Notes under the pieces: generated by a model | The model's input: the letters and a program-made list of their open reading frames with translations, nothing else | Database searches by the model: none | What the model was told of the DNA's origin: nothing | Source: a virus | Taxonomy: Duplodnaviria; Heunggongvirae; Uroviricota; Caudoviricetes | Direction: 5' to 3' (one strand) | IMG/VR virus record: IMGVR_UViG_3300018080_004888 | Location: 1-64,000 of that record | DNA: 64,000 bases | Shown here: one piece after another, positions 1-11,341 of the stretch | How positions within the stretch are numbered: position 1 is the stretch's first letter | Layout: each line of letters starts with the position of its first letter | Program-made: the position numbers and the translations under genes

Positions 1-18
1 CTGGGAGCAAATGGTTCA

Positions 19-210
19 CTAATTCTCGGAATTTTCCTCATCAGGCCAAGGAGGCTGATGCTCATCATCAGACTCATACCGCCACCAACCACATACCGTA
101 CAGGCTAGCTTGTCGTAGGTGTCATCCCTTTCGTGTTCCCAGGTTAAACAATTGTGTTCGGTATAATCGTCACAATTCGTGCAAAATCGTATGTCTTTGT
201 ATTCTTTCAT
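19..210 (-). CDS. Small Cys-rich hypothetical protein (two CxxC pairs, zinc-ribbon-like).
   Basis: ORF of 63 aa with CTNC...CTVCG motifs. No homology checked. Confidence 0.3.
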   Translation of the reverse strand: MKEYKDIRFCTNCDDYTEHNCLTWEHERDDTYDKLACTVCGWWRYESDDEHQPPWPDEENSEN

Positions 211-220
211 GGCTTTTATA

Positions 221-261
221 GGCCGCTCCCCTCACCCTTTTGAGGGGAGCGGCTTTTTGTG
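221..261 (+). terminator. GC-rich hairpin followed by a T-run; intrinsic-terminator-like.
   Basis: GGCCGCTCCCCTC...GAGGGGAGCGGC stem followed by TTTTTGTG on the plus strand. No plus-strand gene lies upstream inside the window. Confidence 0.3.
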
Positions 262-466
262 CCCCTCTACGAGAGGAGCTACCGGAACAATAGTGAAATA
301 GCCCCCTCCACAAGAGGGGGCTGGCCGGAATTTCCGGCGAGGGCATTCAGACGCTATTATAGCCCATTATCGAAGCTTGTAAAGGCCGCTGAACGCGATT
401 CTAGGCGGTTTGAGATCTAGATATATTCCGAATGCCTTTTGTGTCAAAAGGCTCCCACAGACGCTC

Positions 467-754
467 TCAGGGACTCTCAGAGGGTATTGGGAGCCTTAGT
501 TCGCAGTCCTCATATTTCCGCTCGGAACAGGTATCGTATTCTGCATGGAGATCGCATTCTGCGTTACCGCAACCGTTAGCATCTACGTGGGGATGGCCCA
601 TCATCCTGTGGTAGACGACTGGTGGGATTTTCTCCCCGCAATCCTGGCAAATATAGTTCCCAACAAGGGAATACATGCCTATAAATTGGACGTTTTTGTG
701 GGGGCAATCACTCATCCGAATATTCCTTCTGAATAGCCTTCCAGGCCTCTTCAA
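467..754 (-). CDS. Hypothetical Cys/His-rich protein.
   Basis: ORF of 95 aa containing CPHK...CQDCG...CGNAEC motifs. Confidence 0.3.
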   Translation of the reverse strand: MKRPGRLFRRNIRMSDCPHKNVQFIGMYSLVGNYICQDCGEKIPPVVYHRMMGHPHVDANGCGNAECDLHAEYDTCSERKYEDCELRLPIPSESP

Positions 755-1902
755 TAGAACAAAGAACTTCCTCGGCCTCGTCGGGAGTACATTCTGTCGG
801 ATCTAGCTTGCTCAAATTGGTCAAGCGTTTCTTCATCACGTCGATCATCTCTTTAACTACTAAGTTCATCGGTTTCTCCTAATAAGTATGAGAGCCATAT
901 CTGCATCTTCCAAAATAAACCGCATTGACCCACTCACCACGAATACTAAGGTTGGGGACACCCAATTGGGCACCACGGGTCAGTCTCCTGCCAGAGAGAA
1001 GGGGTTCAGATCCCTTGAATCGGCCAAACCAAACCCAACCATTCTCGACTATCCCGCCCCAAATGTAAACATGCACCGGAATCGCAATCAAGAATGACAA
1101 AACCCAAAACCACCAAATCTTCATTCTTCTCCCATCATAATTCGAGTTATTGCTTCTTGGTCTAACGGCCAATCCTCGCAGTAAACATCCCCGAGTTCTT
1201 CCTCCAATCTCTTAGCCAGCAATCTCGACCGACCTTTCAAATAATGTTTCACTTCATACACCGCCGAATCGAAATCATTCTGCATGAGCATTTGCTCACA
1301 TCCTGCTACGAGGGTTTCAATCGGTGTTTGTTTCATTACTGAAATCCTCCCAACAAGAACACTGTCATTAGAACAATAGCGGTGAGGCCAATCAAAACCA
1401 AGCCGCCAATTGTAACGTAACGGGCCATTATGTCGCGGCGAGTGAGGCCCAAAAGCCGTCAGACACCCATCCCTTTTGGGGATTGAAGTACCGATATATT
1501 TTGGAACGCGGACCCTTTTCATCAAAATTACGACTTTCAATGATGGCGGCCCGAATAGGGTTGGTGGTTCTAGCGTCTATCATGGCGGCAAAGGCCGCTT
1601 CGAAGGTGGGGTGTGCAACTTCATCACTGAATGCAGTATTTTGAGAAGCTGTACAGTGAGGGTAAGGTGGACAATCATTATGTCCATCCCAAACAACCCA
1701 GGAGAATGGAGTCTCTGGAGATATTCCGCAGACTTCTTGTGGGACCATTATGGCTCATCCTTTTCGATAAAAACTTGCCCTGGGTCGTAGTCGGATTCAT
1801 AAACCCATTCGTGGCATTCGTCCTCGGTGTCCTTGACCGTCAGTATGTGGCCTGTGGCCTTGCTGATGACTACCCACTGACGTTCTGCGTCGTGTTCCCA
1901 CA

Positions 1903-2469
1903 TCATTTCAATTCTTGCCTTTCTTTTACCGCCTGCATTAGTTCTTTGGTCCAAACGGTCCATGTTGGTTCACACCAAGGCGGTTCTTCATCAATCCAAT
2001 CAGGCGACACTCGAAAAACGCAATAGTTGCCATCAGATACTTCGTGCCACATAACAACTTTTACGTTGGCAATGTATTCGTCGGCGGCCTGTTCATCCAC
2101 CAGGAGGCCGTAAATATCGTCTAGCGTAGTGGGGTGCCCCTCTTCTCCTTCATTATCTCCTACATGAACAAAAGTTTGCTTCTCTTGATCCCATACACTT
2201 ACTGAGAGAGGCAACTTCGTTCCTGGCAATATGATAGAACGCCAACAATCTCCAGGCTCCCAAACAAGATACTGTCCATCGGAGTACTTGCACTTGATTC
2301 CGTTTTGAACATTTGTATCAAAATTTGAACATCCGACCAGAAACAGGGCAACAAGAATCAACAAATTATACTTCGTTAGTTTCATCATCGTCTTGTTCCT
2401 CTTTGAGCGAACCAACATACCCAACAAACCACATCTCTTCATCTGAATGTTGGGATCGTTCTTCTCCAT
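1903..2469 (-). CDS. Putative lipoprotein.
   Basis: ORF of 188 aa. The N-terminal hydrophobic segment ends in LVGCS, a lipobox-like motif. Confidence 0.35.
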   Translation of the reverse strand: MEKNDPNIQMKRCGLLGMLVRSKRNKTMMKLTKYNLLILVALFLVGCSNFDTNVQNGIKCKYSDGQYLVWEPGDCWRSIILPGTKLPLSVSVWDQEKQTFVHVGDNEGEEGHPTTLDDIYGLLVDEQAADEYIANVKVVMWHEVSDGNYCVFRVSPDWIDEEPPWCEPTWTVWTKELMQAVKERQELK

Positions 2470-2718
2470 TGATTAAAAGAACACATGGGTCACCATCTAC
2501 CTCACACAAAAATGCGGGTTGTTTTCCTGTTCTTGTGGAAGTGTAAAAATCTCCGGTGCCGCTTTTGTCTTGCCAAATTCCCCAAAACTTATAGTCGATT
2601 ATCTCTCCTAAAGCGTTGCGAAATTCATATCCACTTGCCACCTCATAGACCCCGTAAACAACTTCATCCACTGTGACTACGTTGCCACGGGACTTACTCA
2701 TCTTCTCGCGTTTTGCCA

Positions 2719-3171
2719 TCAATCTTCCTTGGGAGAGTAGTAAGAACAATAGAAGGGAGCCATCTTGTAATCGGGATCTTCCTCTAGCTTCTTTTTATAC
2801 CACGCCTTAATCCTATCACGATCCGACCACCTTCTCGATTTGGCAGTTGCATAGCCTTCAAACCAATACTCCCTCTTAGCCCCTTCATGAGGATTGTGCT
2901 GACATTCGTTAGTTAAAAGTTCGACCATCCAGGCATTGTGTCCTTCTTGAAACGCGTCAAATGTCGAAGGAGATACCATGAGTCTGCCAATTAAATCATC
3001 CAGTTGTTGTTCTGTTTCGGGCGGCGGCAGACATTCTGTGCAAAGATAAACCGGGCCGAAACCTACATTGTATCCCATAGAGATTTCTTCTTGAGTGATC
3101 TTTCTACCGCATCGTTCGCATACTAGATCACAGCCCCAGTTCACTTCTGGTGGGTCTATTGGTATTACCAT
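2719..3171 (-). CDS. Hypothetical protein with CxxC pairs.
   Basis: ORF of 150 aa with CERCG...CTEC motifs. Confidence 0.3.
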   Translation of the reverse strand: MVIPIDPPEVNWGCDLVCERCGRKITQEEISMGYNVGFGPVYLCTECLPPPETEQQLDDLIGRLMVSPSTFDAFQEGHNAWMVELLTNECQHNPHEGAKREYWFEGYATAKSRRWSDRDRIKAWYKKKLEEDPDYKMAPFYCSYYSPKED

Positions 3172-3359
3172 TAGAAGTCGCTCCCGCCCTTATTGATAAA
3201 TGGCTCTTCAACGTCGGTAAATTTTGCCTCGCATTTGGGACAATGCGATGGCAGCTTCTTGGTCGGATCGCCGCCGTCAAGATCCTCATGGCAATTGCTA
3301 CAAAAAGCCCCGCCGTTTCCCATGTCCGTTATGATGATTTGTATTGTCGCGTTCATCAT

Positions 3360-4094
3360 CTAATGTTCCTCAAAACACATATCACAAGATTCCTGCCAGC
3401 AGTGATGCCCGCAAATATCACAATCATTCGGACACAAAAACATTCCTCTCGCGATTGGGAGATGGCTCAAAGCCGCAACAGGAAGTCCCATAGTGGGTTT
3501 TGGAAACTCAGCGTCCAAAGATTCCCGAACAATCATATTCGAAAGCTTGGCTAATTTCAAGATCGATTTGCTTAGGTCCCGTCTTCTGGTGGTTGTGCGA
3601 AACAATGTCCCAGGAGTATTTTTTACGATCTCACCCACCTTTTCTACATACTCATCGCTGTAAAAATCGCCACCAGAATGCCAACGAAAAAATTGTGGTT
3701 TAATCCTTTGTAGTTCATCGAGCATCTTTTCAACAAAATCTTTTCTCTTAGAAGCTCGATAACGTTTCATTGTCGCGTCTTTGACCGATGGTAGCTTGAA
3801 ATTATTCCTCCTAGCGTAACAGGCCGGTTTTCCATTACGACCTTTAAGACACCATTGGGTCGGCTTGCATGTAAGGTGAGGCGGCAAATTGAAAATGTAG
3901 ACTTTTGTCCCCATCTTACTATTGCCTTTGATGAGGAGATTCATTTGATCCCCAAAGCTTTCTTCTCGGCAGCACTCAACTTCTTGAGGGCTTGTTCTTT
4001 CACTTTTTCTTTGTCGGCTTTTTTCCGCTCCGACGACAAGCTTGGGCAACGGTTCCCCGTTGGCCCGCATGTCGGCTACAGCCTCATCACTCAC
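3360..4094 (-). CDS. Hypothetical protein of 244 aa.
   Basis: Long minus-strand ORF in a compact minus-strand block. No recognised motif. Confidence 0.35.
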   Translation of the reverse strand: MSDEAVADMRANGEPLPKLVVGAEKSRQRKSERTSPQEVECCREESFGDQMNLLIKGNSKMGTKVYIFNLPPHLTCKPTQWCLKGRNGKPACYARRNNFKLPSVKDATMKRYRASKRKDFVEKMLDELQRIKPQFFRWHSGGDFYSDEYVEKVGEIVKNTPGTLFRTTTRRRDLSKSILKLAKLSNMIVRESLDAEFPKPTMGLPVAALSHLPIARGMFLCPNDCDICGHHCWQESCDMCFEEH

Positions 4095-4575
4095 CTTCCT
4101 TTCTCGCTTGTAAAGCTACCCACCCCTTGACAATCATCCACCACACCAATCGGCAGGACCCCCACGCGATCTGCCACGCAATGGCAATGACGACGGCCAC
4201 CGCAAACGCAACCACCAGACCCAGCGCTGTCATCCATATCCAGAGAATTGGAGGCGTCCTGAAAATGTTGCAAGGCCCCCAAAAGACCTCATAACATGCA
4301 CAATTAAAACTGTTAGAGGCATCCCATATCCAGCAGAAATAAGCCGCGTAAGGCAGGACAATAAACACGAACACAAGCACCACGAACGCACAACAGTCGC
4401 ACGCTTGCTCTTCTTCGGCATTGAGCTTTTTCTCGTCATTTTTCATAAAGAGAAACTTCCGTGATATGTTTCCATTATTGGATAAGGATCTAGGACTATC
4501 GTAATCTGCTTGTTCTGTGTATTTCATTCTAATTTCAGCCTCGCATAATATTTCGACCCACCTTCTCCCATCCAC
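4087..4575 (-). CDS. Hypothetical membrane protein.
   Basis: ORF of 162 aa with several hydrophobic segments. Confidence 0.3.
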   Translation of the reverse strand: MDGRRWVEILCEAEIRMKYTEQADYDSPRSLSNNGNISRKFLFMKNDEKKLNAEEEQACDCCAFVVLVFVFIVLPYAAYFCWIWDASNSFNCACYEVFWGPCNIFRTPPILWIWMTALGLVVAFAVAVVIAIAWQIAWGSCRLVWWMIVKGWVALQARKEGE

Positions 4576-5630
4576 TTTGCTCGTCTTGTAAGACCGACTC
4601 TCATAGGCATGTATGAGTCAGGGTTAAGAACCACATACTCAGTAAATGGGATGTAAGGACAGTACAGATAACCCGCTTTATAGTACCAATCCTTCTTTTC
4701 CACATTTGGTCGTCCTCGGGAACCTATCAACAACTCATTTTTGGGATATAGCGGATCGACATAAACCTCCCACGCACTATTGAGCATACCGACCTGATGG
4801 ACCCCGAACGAACGAATATTCCAATCCAGATATCTCGCCCCATCCTTGATAAAATGAGCAATCTTGGGAGAGGTAACAATCCATAATCGAGCAAATAGTG
4901 TCCGGTCGTGGGGACTTACGAGAGTCTTCCTGTGAATGACGCTACTTACCTCGCATAGCTTGACATACAGCCCCTCATAATCTTTGGGAAATTTACAAGT
5001 TGTTATCGTTCCCGCATTGCACCTCAAATCCGTCATGATCTCGCGGGTGAAGTCGTCGGCAATATTGTATGGATTAGGATAATCGAAGAATTCCTTCATT
5101 CGAGTGGTATGGGCACATAACTCTTTTTCCTTACGGACAAATTCCAAAACAGGCATTTCCGTCTTCTTGCCCTCGGCCCATTCATAGGTGGTAGTGCCAA
5201 CAGGTTCTATTCGTTCATAAAGCATATGCTCCGCAGGTCTAGCCATCGTTTGCATACAAACCAAACGACTGCCGACAAAATTGGAGTAGACATCGAAGAG
5301 TAGTTCAAGCTGCTCTTTTATCGGTCGAGGTTTAGGATATGGATCTTTAACGCAATATTGCATAAGGCGTTGGTTGTCCATAAGCAACGCTACCTCAAGA
5401 GCATATTCTCTCTGCATTCTCGAAAAATCAAAATATTGACTGTATTTTTTGAGGGCTTCCTCCCGAAGTTCTATCCTCAGTCGGGCTCTGATTTCGTCAC
5501 TTAAATCCCTCTCGCCGTAAATCGCTGGAGGGTGTTTGAACTTCGGTTTCTCTTCCGAGAACATCCCTATCGGAAGCACCGCTGCGGCTCCCGCCGCAGC
5601 GGTGCCTTTTAGAAAATCTCTTCTATTCAT
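4524..5630 (-). CDS. Tat-signal secreted hypothetical protein (family member 1).
   Basis: MNRRDFLKGTAAAGAAAVLP N-terminus: twin-arginine motif followed by an Ala-rich hydrophobic region. The ORF-track start at 5666 is probably 12 codons too early. Confidence 0.6.
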   Translation of the reverse strand: MNRRDFLKGTAAAGAAAVLPIGMFSEEKPKFKHPPAIYGERDLSDEIRARLRIELREEALKKYSQYFDFSRMQREYALEVALLMDNQRLMQYCVKDPYPKPRPIKEQLELLFDVYSNFVGSRLVCMQTMARPAEHMLYERIEPVGTTTYEWAEGKKTEMPVLEFVRKEKELCAHTTRMKEFFDYPNPYNIADDFTREIMTDLRCNAGTITTCKFPKDYEGLYVKLCEVSSVIHRKTLVSPHDRTLFARLWIVTSPKIAHFIKDGARYLDWNIRSFGVHQVGMLNSAWEVYVDPLYPKNELLIGSRGRPNVEKKDWYYKAGYLYCPYIPFTEYVVLNPDSYMPMRVGLTRRAKWMGEGGSKYYARLKLE

Positions 5631-5631
5631 T

Positions 5632-6657
5632 TTAAGTCTCCCACTGTTCCACAATACACTTTTCAACCATATAATTACTGTAAATACCCTTGCTGGGATG
5701 TTTCATCATTCCCCAAAAAGATTGAACTAAGACGCAATAATCGCTTCTAGAGATCCATACACGGCCCCAACAACGGCCTTGTTCTATCCATCCCAATCCA
5801 CCACACGTTTCAATACGATTATGGGGAAAAGCATTTTCCCTGGTAATCCATGCCTCTGTTTCTTCAATCCCGGCCCCTCGATGAATTTTGTTCCCCAAGT
5901 CTTGGGCGGAAGCAAAAACTTCATCGGCATTCAAAACTTTGGGATGGTGAGTCGCTTCGCAAGCTGACCGGGGCCATCTCCAAGAGCAAGAGTTCGCTTG
6001 ACCAGTATCGAGATCGACAATGGGAAGACGTTCTTTACAAAGATGTTCGGCATCAATAGGAATGCGGGCATGTCTGTCGGAACAACCATGACACGAAAGA
6101 TCTAAAATTTGAGCAGTCTCTTCGACAACATCAACGAAGCAATCCGGTTTCGGTTTGTAATCCAAACAAAAACAAACGGTTCCTTTTCTACAAATAAAGT
6201 GGATGGCATCCACCAAACTAGGATCACCAGTACGAGCCGTAAGCAAATTTTGAGAGGCCCGTAGCTTGGCCCAATCATTGCCGAATTTCCTTTTTGCCAC
6301 TACTCCATCAGCATCAGCAGGAAAAGATTGGGGACCTTCGTAGACCCCATCAGCATACCAACCGGGAATTATGAAGAAATCATCAAGGGCAAGAGGATGA
6401 GCCCAAACTTCAACAATGCCGCCCAATTTCTTCGTTTGAGGAAGGAAGTAGTGATAAAATCTTTCCTTCTTTTCGCTCCATAAATGCTCACAGATTGTTC
6501 CGTCACGATAGTTCATGTACACCCAGAAGTTTCTTTTGGGATAAAACTCCTTCGGTGGCTTCGGCTTTCCCTGTTTGAATTCGGGAAGAATACTTAGGGG
6601 AAGCACCGCTGCGGCTCCCGCCGCAGCGGTGCCTTTCAAAAATTCTCTTCTATTCAT
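5632..6657 (-). CDS. Tat-signal secreted hypothetical protein (family member 2).
   Basis: MNRREFLKGTAAAGAAAVLPLSILPE N-terminus. ORF of 341 aa. Confidence 0.6.
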   Translation of the reverse strand: MNRREFLKGTAAAGAAAVLPLSILPEFKQGKPKPPKEFYPKRNFWVYMNYRDGTICEHLWSEKKERFYHYFLPQTKKLGGIVEVWAHPLALDDFFIIPGWYADGVYEGPQSFPADADGVVAKRKFGNDWAKLRASQNLLTARTGDPSLVDAIHFICRKGTVCFCLDYKPKPDCFVDVVEETAQILDLSCHGCSDRHARIPIDAEHLCKERLPIVDLDTGQANSCSWRWPRSACEATHHPKVLNADEVFASAQDLGNKIHRGAGIEETEAWITRENAFPHNRIETCGGLGWIEQGRCWGRVWISRSDYCVLVQSFWGMMKHPSKGIYSNYMVEKCIVEQWET

Positions 6658-6855
6658 ACTTCACCTCATCCAGCTTTTCGGGTAGATCGCCTCGTTCAGC
6701 CGCCCAGTCGGCATCAGCGAACTTCTTCTCAAAATCGAGCCCGGCTGCTTCTGCTAGGTCCTCAACTTCGACACGATGACCTTGTGTAACAAGCATACCG
6801 TCTTTGTATAGCCCTTCCCAGCAATCGTCGTTTACCAGCACGAATTTACTCATAA

Positions 6856-7620
6856 TTACACCCATTCGTAAAAAAGGACCATTTGGGGACGTACAGCCCC
6901 ATCACAATAGCCATTGGAGGACAACCCGCCGACAACCGGAATCATACCGAAGCAATAGAAGTAAAACGTATCGGGCTCGCCAATTCGTCCGAGGTTGTGC
7001 GACTCAAAGATCCAGTTTACGTCGTCCATGATATGGTCGGCAAGCTCGCCAACTTCTTCGGCTTCCTTATCAAGATTGTGACATTCTCCACGTCCCCAGG
7101 CTTGATATTGCATGAACAGTTCCCAAGAAGTTTTATTCCAGACTCCGTTGAACCTGTGTTTGGAACGCGGGACATAGAGCATCATCGGTGCTTTGGCATA
7201 AAAGCTGGAGCGGGTGGGCATTTGTTCCATCAGGCGAGGAACGAGCCTACGAATCAACGGGATGCTAATTCGCTTGAATTGGGCGATATTGCTTATACGA
7301 TATTCCGAACCTTGGTTCCAAACACGCTGATTCTCCAAAGCAAGAACAACCGTAGGTTTTTGTTCTTCGGGCAACTCTTTAAGAAGACCAGTTCTCTCCC
7401 ATTGCCTAATCAAATATGCTGCCCACTCTTCGTCTGTAGCCTGAGTGTTGGGGCGAACGTCTATCTGCTTTTTGACTTCCTCAAAGTTTTCCTTAGTCAA
7501 AAACCCTGGAAGTGAACTAGAAGCTTTTTCTATAGCTTCTTTTCCAGGTGAACTTGAAGCCAAAAGGGGCAGACTAGCTGCGGCGACGGTACTGCTTTTT
7601 AGAAATTCTCTTCTATCCAT
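6856..7620 (-). CDS. Tat-signal secreted hypothetical protein (family member 3).
   Basis: MDRREFLKSSTVAAASLPLLASS N-terminus. Confidence 0.55.
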   Translation of the reverse strand: MDRREFLKSSTVAAASLPLLASSSPGKEAIEKASSSLPGFLTKENFEEVKKQIDVRPNTQATDEEWAAYLIRQWERTGLLKELPEEQKPTVVLALENQRVWNQGSEYRISNIAQFKRISIPLIRRLVPRLMEQMPTRSSFYAKAPMMLYVPRSKHRFNGVWNKTSWELFMQYQAWGRGECHNLDKEAEEVGELADHIMDDVNWIFESHNLGRIGEPDTFYFYCFGMIPVVGGLSSNGYCDGAVRPQMVLFYEWV

Positions 7621-7894
7621 TAGAAACCCTCCTTATTGATAGATGGAGTGTACTTGTAGTTCCATATGTAAAGCTGTGTCCCATCCGTGAAAACGAAGAC
7701 GGTTCTATATCCCTCTCCTGTAGGTTCAATATAAATCTCTTCTATTGTTTTGCCTTTATACTCTGTGAGGACTGTGTTGTGAGTTTCTTTGTGTCCTTCA
7801 TGTCTTTGAGGCGAACAAACCAACAGCGTAATACCGATAATTGCGTTCATGATTAAAACAGCAAGGAAGAATGATGAAATTTCTATGAAGCGTT

Positions 7895-8362
7895 TCATTT
7901 TTTCACCTTATAGCTCATGGACCACCAATCATACCAAGTTCTGGTCCTGTAGAAGCCGCATTTTTCGTAAAACTCTTTCGCATTATACTCGAAAGCCGTG
8001 GCTACTGAAACCCGCGTTTTTCTCTGTCTCTTGGCTGCTCTGATAACTTCTCTGACCAGCTTTGTGCCGATTCCTTGTTGTCGGTTTGTGCGTCTGACGA
8101 CGAGGGCTTCGATATGAACGCTATCTTTTCTCGGGGTAAAGACAATGGCTCCGAGGACCTTCTTGCGTTCTACGACGACCTTGACTTTTTTGTTATTGAA
8201 TGCCGCGTAGATCGGGTCCATCGACCATAGATGCAGGCTGCGAAGAAGGCTTACAACCTTCTTGCGATGTTCTGGTCTTGCAGTAATGAGCTTCATCACT
8301 GTTAAGGTGGCTCCCAAGCAGGAAGTTTCTTGTATGATTCGGGAAGCACATCTACCAAACAT
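7895..8362 (-). CDS. GNAT-family N-acetyltransferase.
   Basis: GNAT core motif RRTNRQQGIGTKLV (Q/RxxGxG/A) and an ...EFYEKCGF C-terminus. Confidence 0.6.
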   Translation of the reverse strand: MFGRCASRIIQETSCLGATLTVMKLITARPEHRKKVVSLLRSLHLWSMDPIYAAFNNKKVKVVVERKKVLGAIVFTPRKDSVHIEALVVRRTNRQQGIGTKLVREVIRAAKRQRKTRVSVATAFEYNAKEFYEKCGFYRTRTWYDWWSMSYKVKK

Positions 8363-8409
8363 GAACTGATGGGCGAGCGACCACCGCTTAACGCGAAACC
8401 TTGAGTATT

Positions 8410-9006
8410 TTAATACTCCGAACTAGCGAAATAACCTTCGCCAAATTCTTCAACGAATTGTCGAACAGTGGCTTCAAAAGTCACCCCACCATCTTCATCA
8501 TACAGAGGAAATGTAGTATCCATGCTCATTTCTACCCAACCATCGCCCTCGATTTCGTCTTTGTAGATGGGGAAATAACCATGTCCAATTGCCGCTCGTC
8601 GTGCTGGAGGACATTCTACCCAGCCCCAAATTTCATCGTATTCTGATATCCATTTTCGATTGCGATGATGATACAAAAACGAAGCTTTCCGATAAACCTT
8701 GTCCCCATACATCATCTCAACCAAAATATTTTCGGCATCTTCCACCGATCTGGCAATGACGTAATCATATTGGTTGGTGAACATTTTGAGGGGCGGCTTA
8801 TGACGATCACAATAGATCATCTCGCCAGTTGATGAGTCTGGTTCACAACAGCACGGGGCACATTCAGGATGTTCGGCCCAATAGTCATCAATCATCACCC
8901 ACACATCTTTCGTCTTGCCGCGAATAGGATCGGCGGCAAGAGATATGGGAAGCATCGCTGCGGCTCCCGCCGCAGCGATGCCTTCTAAAAATTCACGTCT
9001 GTTCAT
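8410..9006 (-). CDS. Tat-signal secreted hypothetical protein (family member 4).
   Basis: MNRREFLEGIAAAGAAAMLPISLAA N-terminus. Confidence 0.55.
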   Translation of the reverse strand: MNRREFLEGIAAAGAAAMLPISLAADPIRGKTKDVWVMIDDYWAEHPECAPCCCEPDSSTGEMIYCDRHKPPLKMFTNQYDYVIARSVEDAENILVEMMYGDKVYRKASFLYHHRNRKWISEYDEIWGWVECPPARRAAIGHGYFPIYKDEIEGDGWVEMSMDTTFPLYDEDGGVTFEATVRQFVEEFGEGYFASSEY

Positions 9007-9595
9007 TTAAAAACTCCTCGCATTTTTCCATAAGATGTTGTCGTACCTCTGCCATCGCATCGCGGGGCAGGGCCTTCCCTGGATCGGGTAATTTCCTAAG
9101 TGCCCTGACTGCTTCGGGGAACCACCACTCGGTAGCCTTAAAAACTAGCTCTCCCTCCGGTGTTACGCCTACGTCTCTGAGTACCAGCATGTAACAACCA
9201 TCGTCTTGAATGATATGGGCAATGCCACCATACTCATCTTTCAACGTGGCGAGTGGACGGTGTTTGCTGGGCCTGCCCTGGGTAAAATAATAATCGTCGC
9301 TTATAAGCACATTGATCTCGTAATCGGGATAGGGCTGTAGAACGTAGCCCTTTTTATTCTCAGGCTCTTCGGTTGCCAAAGACATTAGGTGCCGATGTTT
9401 TTTGCAGTCTGGGCAAATGTAGCTTGGCAAGACCCACCTTCCGCCTCCAGGCCTCGGAAGTCGCTCATAGACTCCCGCATTTCCTGATCCGCAACTACAA
9501 TACTCGATACCGTCTTTTGCTTGGACAGTAGAGATAGGCACCGCTGCCGCTGCTCCAGCGGCAGCGGTGGTTTTGAAAAAGTCTCGTCTGTTCAT
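8993..9595 (-). CDS. Tat-signal secreted hypothetical protein (family member 5).
   Basis: MNRRDFFKTTAAAGAAAAVPISTVQA N-terminus. Confidence 0.55.
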   Translation of the reverse strand: MNRRDFFKTTAAAGAAAAVPISTVQAKDGIEYCSCGSGNAGVYERLPRPGGGRWVLPSYICPDCKKHRHLMSLATEEPENKKGYVLQPYPDYEINVLISDDYYFTQGRPSKHRPLATLKDEYGGIAHIIQDDGCYMLVLRDVGVTPEGELVFKATEWWFPEAVRALRKLPDPGKALPRDAMAEVRQHLMEKCEEFLNEQT

Positions 9596-10243
9596 TATTC
9601 ATACTCCCATTCTATTCCTAACAAGATGTTGGGTTTTTCTCTTTTCAATAGCTTTTTCGCTGTTTCCGGTCTGCCGCATTTTGGGCACCACCAAAATTCC
9701 TTGCCCGTGGTTTCGGCCACATGTTCCATTGTTGTGCGACAAGTTCTGCATTTTCTCATTCTCACTCCTCAATGAAATAGCAAACCTCGTTTCCGCAGGG
9801 ACTCTTTTCGCTGTTCCTCTTGATATTCCTCTAAAGTTACACCTTGATCCAGTAATACCTCGGGAACAGTTTTGAGTTCCTCTGATCTTCTTTTGAGGAT
9901 CTCATACATTTCTTCCCGACTAGGAACTCCTGGTTTGCGTTTCATCAACTTGTCCTCGGAACTTGGTTTCAAATTCATGCTCTGTCTCTGGAAACCCGGA
10001 AAAGAAATTGGGGTATCTTCGTTTAAGTTTGTTCATCCCATTTTAATCTCTTATGAAAAAACCGACAATACAAATACCACAAAGGGAGAAAAAGTACGGC
10101 AGCTATTCCACCAGTACAAAATCCTTGTGTGAGCGATGTATCCGTACAAATCAATGAGAATGCCCAATGACCGACCCAAATGCCCAAGGCAAAGAATATG
10201 CCATTGTACCACATGAATTTCGAGAATTTATAGGGGGGCTTCA

Positions 10244-11341
10244 TCAAAATTCATCCAACGGGTATAGATCCCAGGGCACGGATTTATCAATATTGTACAG
10301 CAAATGCTGATATTCATCAAAGCCAACATCGGAATAATTCAGGACGGGTTTTCCATCCATTTTGCCTTGGGCCATGAGGGAGGCTACCGCTGCTGCGGGG
10401 TAGGCGGTTCCAATTTGCATAGCGGTCCAGTTTTTGTCCGCTTTGATTTCGGTGCCGAGCAAATTGAAGAAATTCCAAGGGGACGAAACTTTGTATCTAA
10501 CGCATATCTTTATCAAATCATCTTTGATTGGAGGACAAGTATGACGAAGAATATCGCGAATTTCATTTTGTGGTAAATGCGTGTCTTCCAAAAGGAATTG
10601 GATGCAATCTCGGTGTCCTTTGTACCGTATGGTTCGATAGGCACAATTCTTGACTCCCTTGGCCTTGATAGCGTCTAACGTCAATCCACCTTTGGTGTAA
10701 AATGCCTCATAGTCTCCAAAATCCTCTAACCCCGTAAGGGTGTTAGCTTCCACAATCTTCCCATTTTCCAAAATTTCGCAATGGCCGCTGTATTCGTTAA
10801 TCAGTCCCTCTAGGCTGAAAACCAAGTTGTATTTCAGCTTACCTGTTGCGATATGCCTTTGGGGCAACCCGCCGACATAAAGGAAAAGGGATTCGATTTT
10901 CAAATCTCTTTCGAGAATATCTTCTGCGACGAAATTGATATGTCCAGGAGCCATACCCAAATCTGTAAACACTGGCTGATGGGTCTGCTTTTTGTCGGCA
11001 TAGAACTGTATCTCTTTAGAGATTTTGGGATTGCCGCCGAGATCGCAATATCTCACCCCATGATCTACACACATTGGACCAATGGTTAAATTGGCGACAT
11101 AAGGGGCTGCTGAAACGACAAGATCAACATCTTCTTCGAAAAGTTTTTCATCTACTTCTGTTGCGAACCAATCAGGAATCTCTTTTGACATCTCCAGGCC
11201 AACAGACTTCCATTGACTCCTGGCTCCCATCGCGGCCTTGCCATCCCTTTCGATTAAAATTAGATCGTGACCCAATTTATGTAAGGCATAGACAATAGCC
11301 CGCCCCATCCAACCGCATCCAACAACTGCTATTTTACCCAT
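10244..11341 (-). CDS. Saccharopine-dehydrogenase-like NAD(P)-binding oxidoreductase (possibly carboxynorspermidine dehydrogenase-like).
   Basis: N-terminal Rossmann motif KIAVVGCGWMGRAIV. Length of 365 aa is typical of the Sacchrp_dh family. Confidence 0.5.
   Translation of the reverse strand: MGKIAVVGCGWMGRAIVYALHKLGHDLILIERDGKAAMGARSQWKSVGLEMSKEIPDWFATEVDEKLFEEDVDLVVSAAPYVANLTIGPMCVDHGVRYCDLGGNPKISKEIQFYADKKQTHQPVFTDLGMAPGHINFVAEDILERDLKIESLFLYVGGLPQRHIATGKLKYNLVFSLEGLINEYSGHCEILENGKIVEANTLTGLEDFGDYEAFYTKGGLTLDAIKAKGVKNCAYRTIRYKGHRDCIQFLLEDTHLPQNEIRDILRHTCPPIKDDLIKICVRYKVSSPWNFFNLLGTEIKADKNWTAMQIGTAYPAAAVASLMAQGKMDGKPVLNYSDVGFDEYQHLLYNIDKSVPWDLYPLDEF

Noticed and set aside
2366-2749. Perfect class-I aminoacyl-tRNA-synthetase KMSKS motif (AKREKMSKSRGNVV) in a 127-aa minus-strand ORF.
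   Set aside because: The surrounding sequence has no other synthetase features (no HIGH motif, wrong length). It also overlaps the better-supported ORF 2719..3171. Most likely a chance match or a tiny pseudogene fragment.
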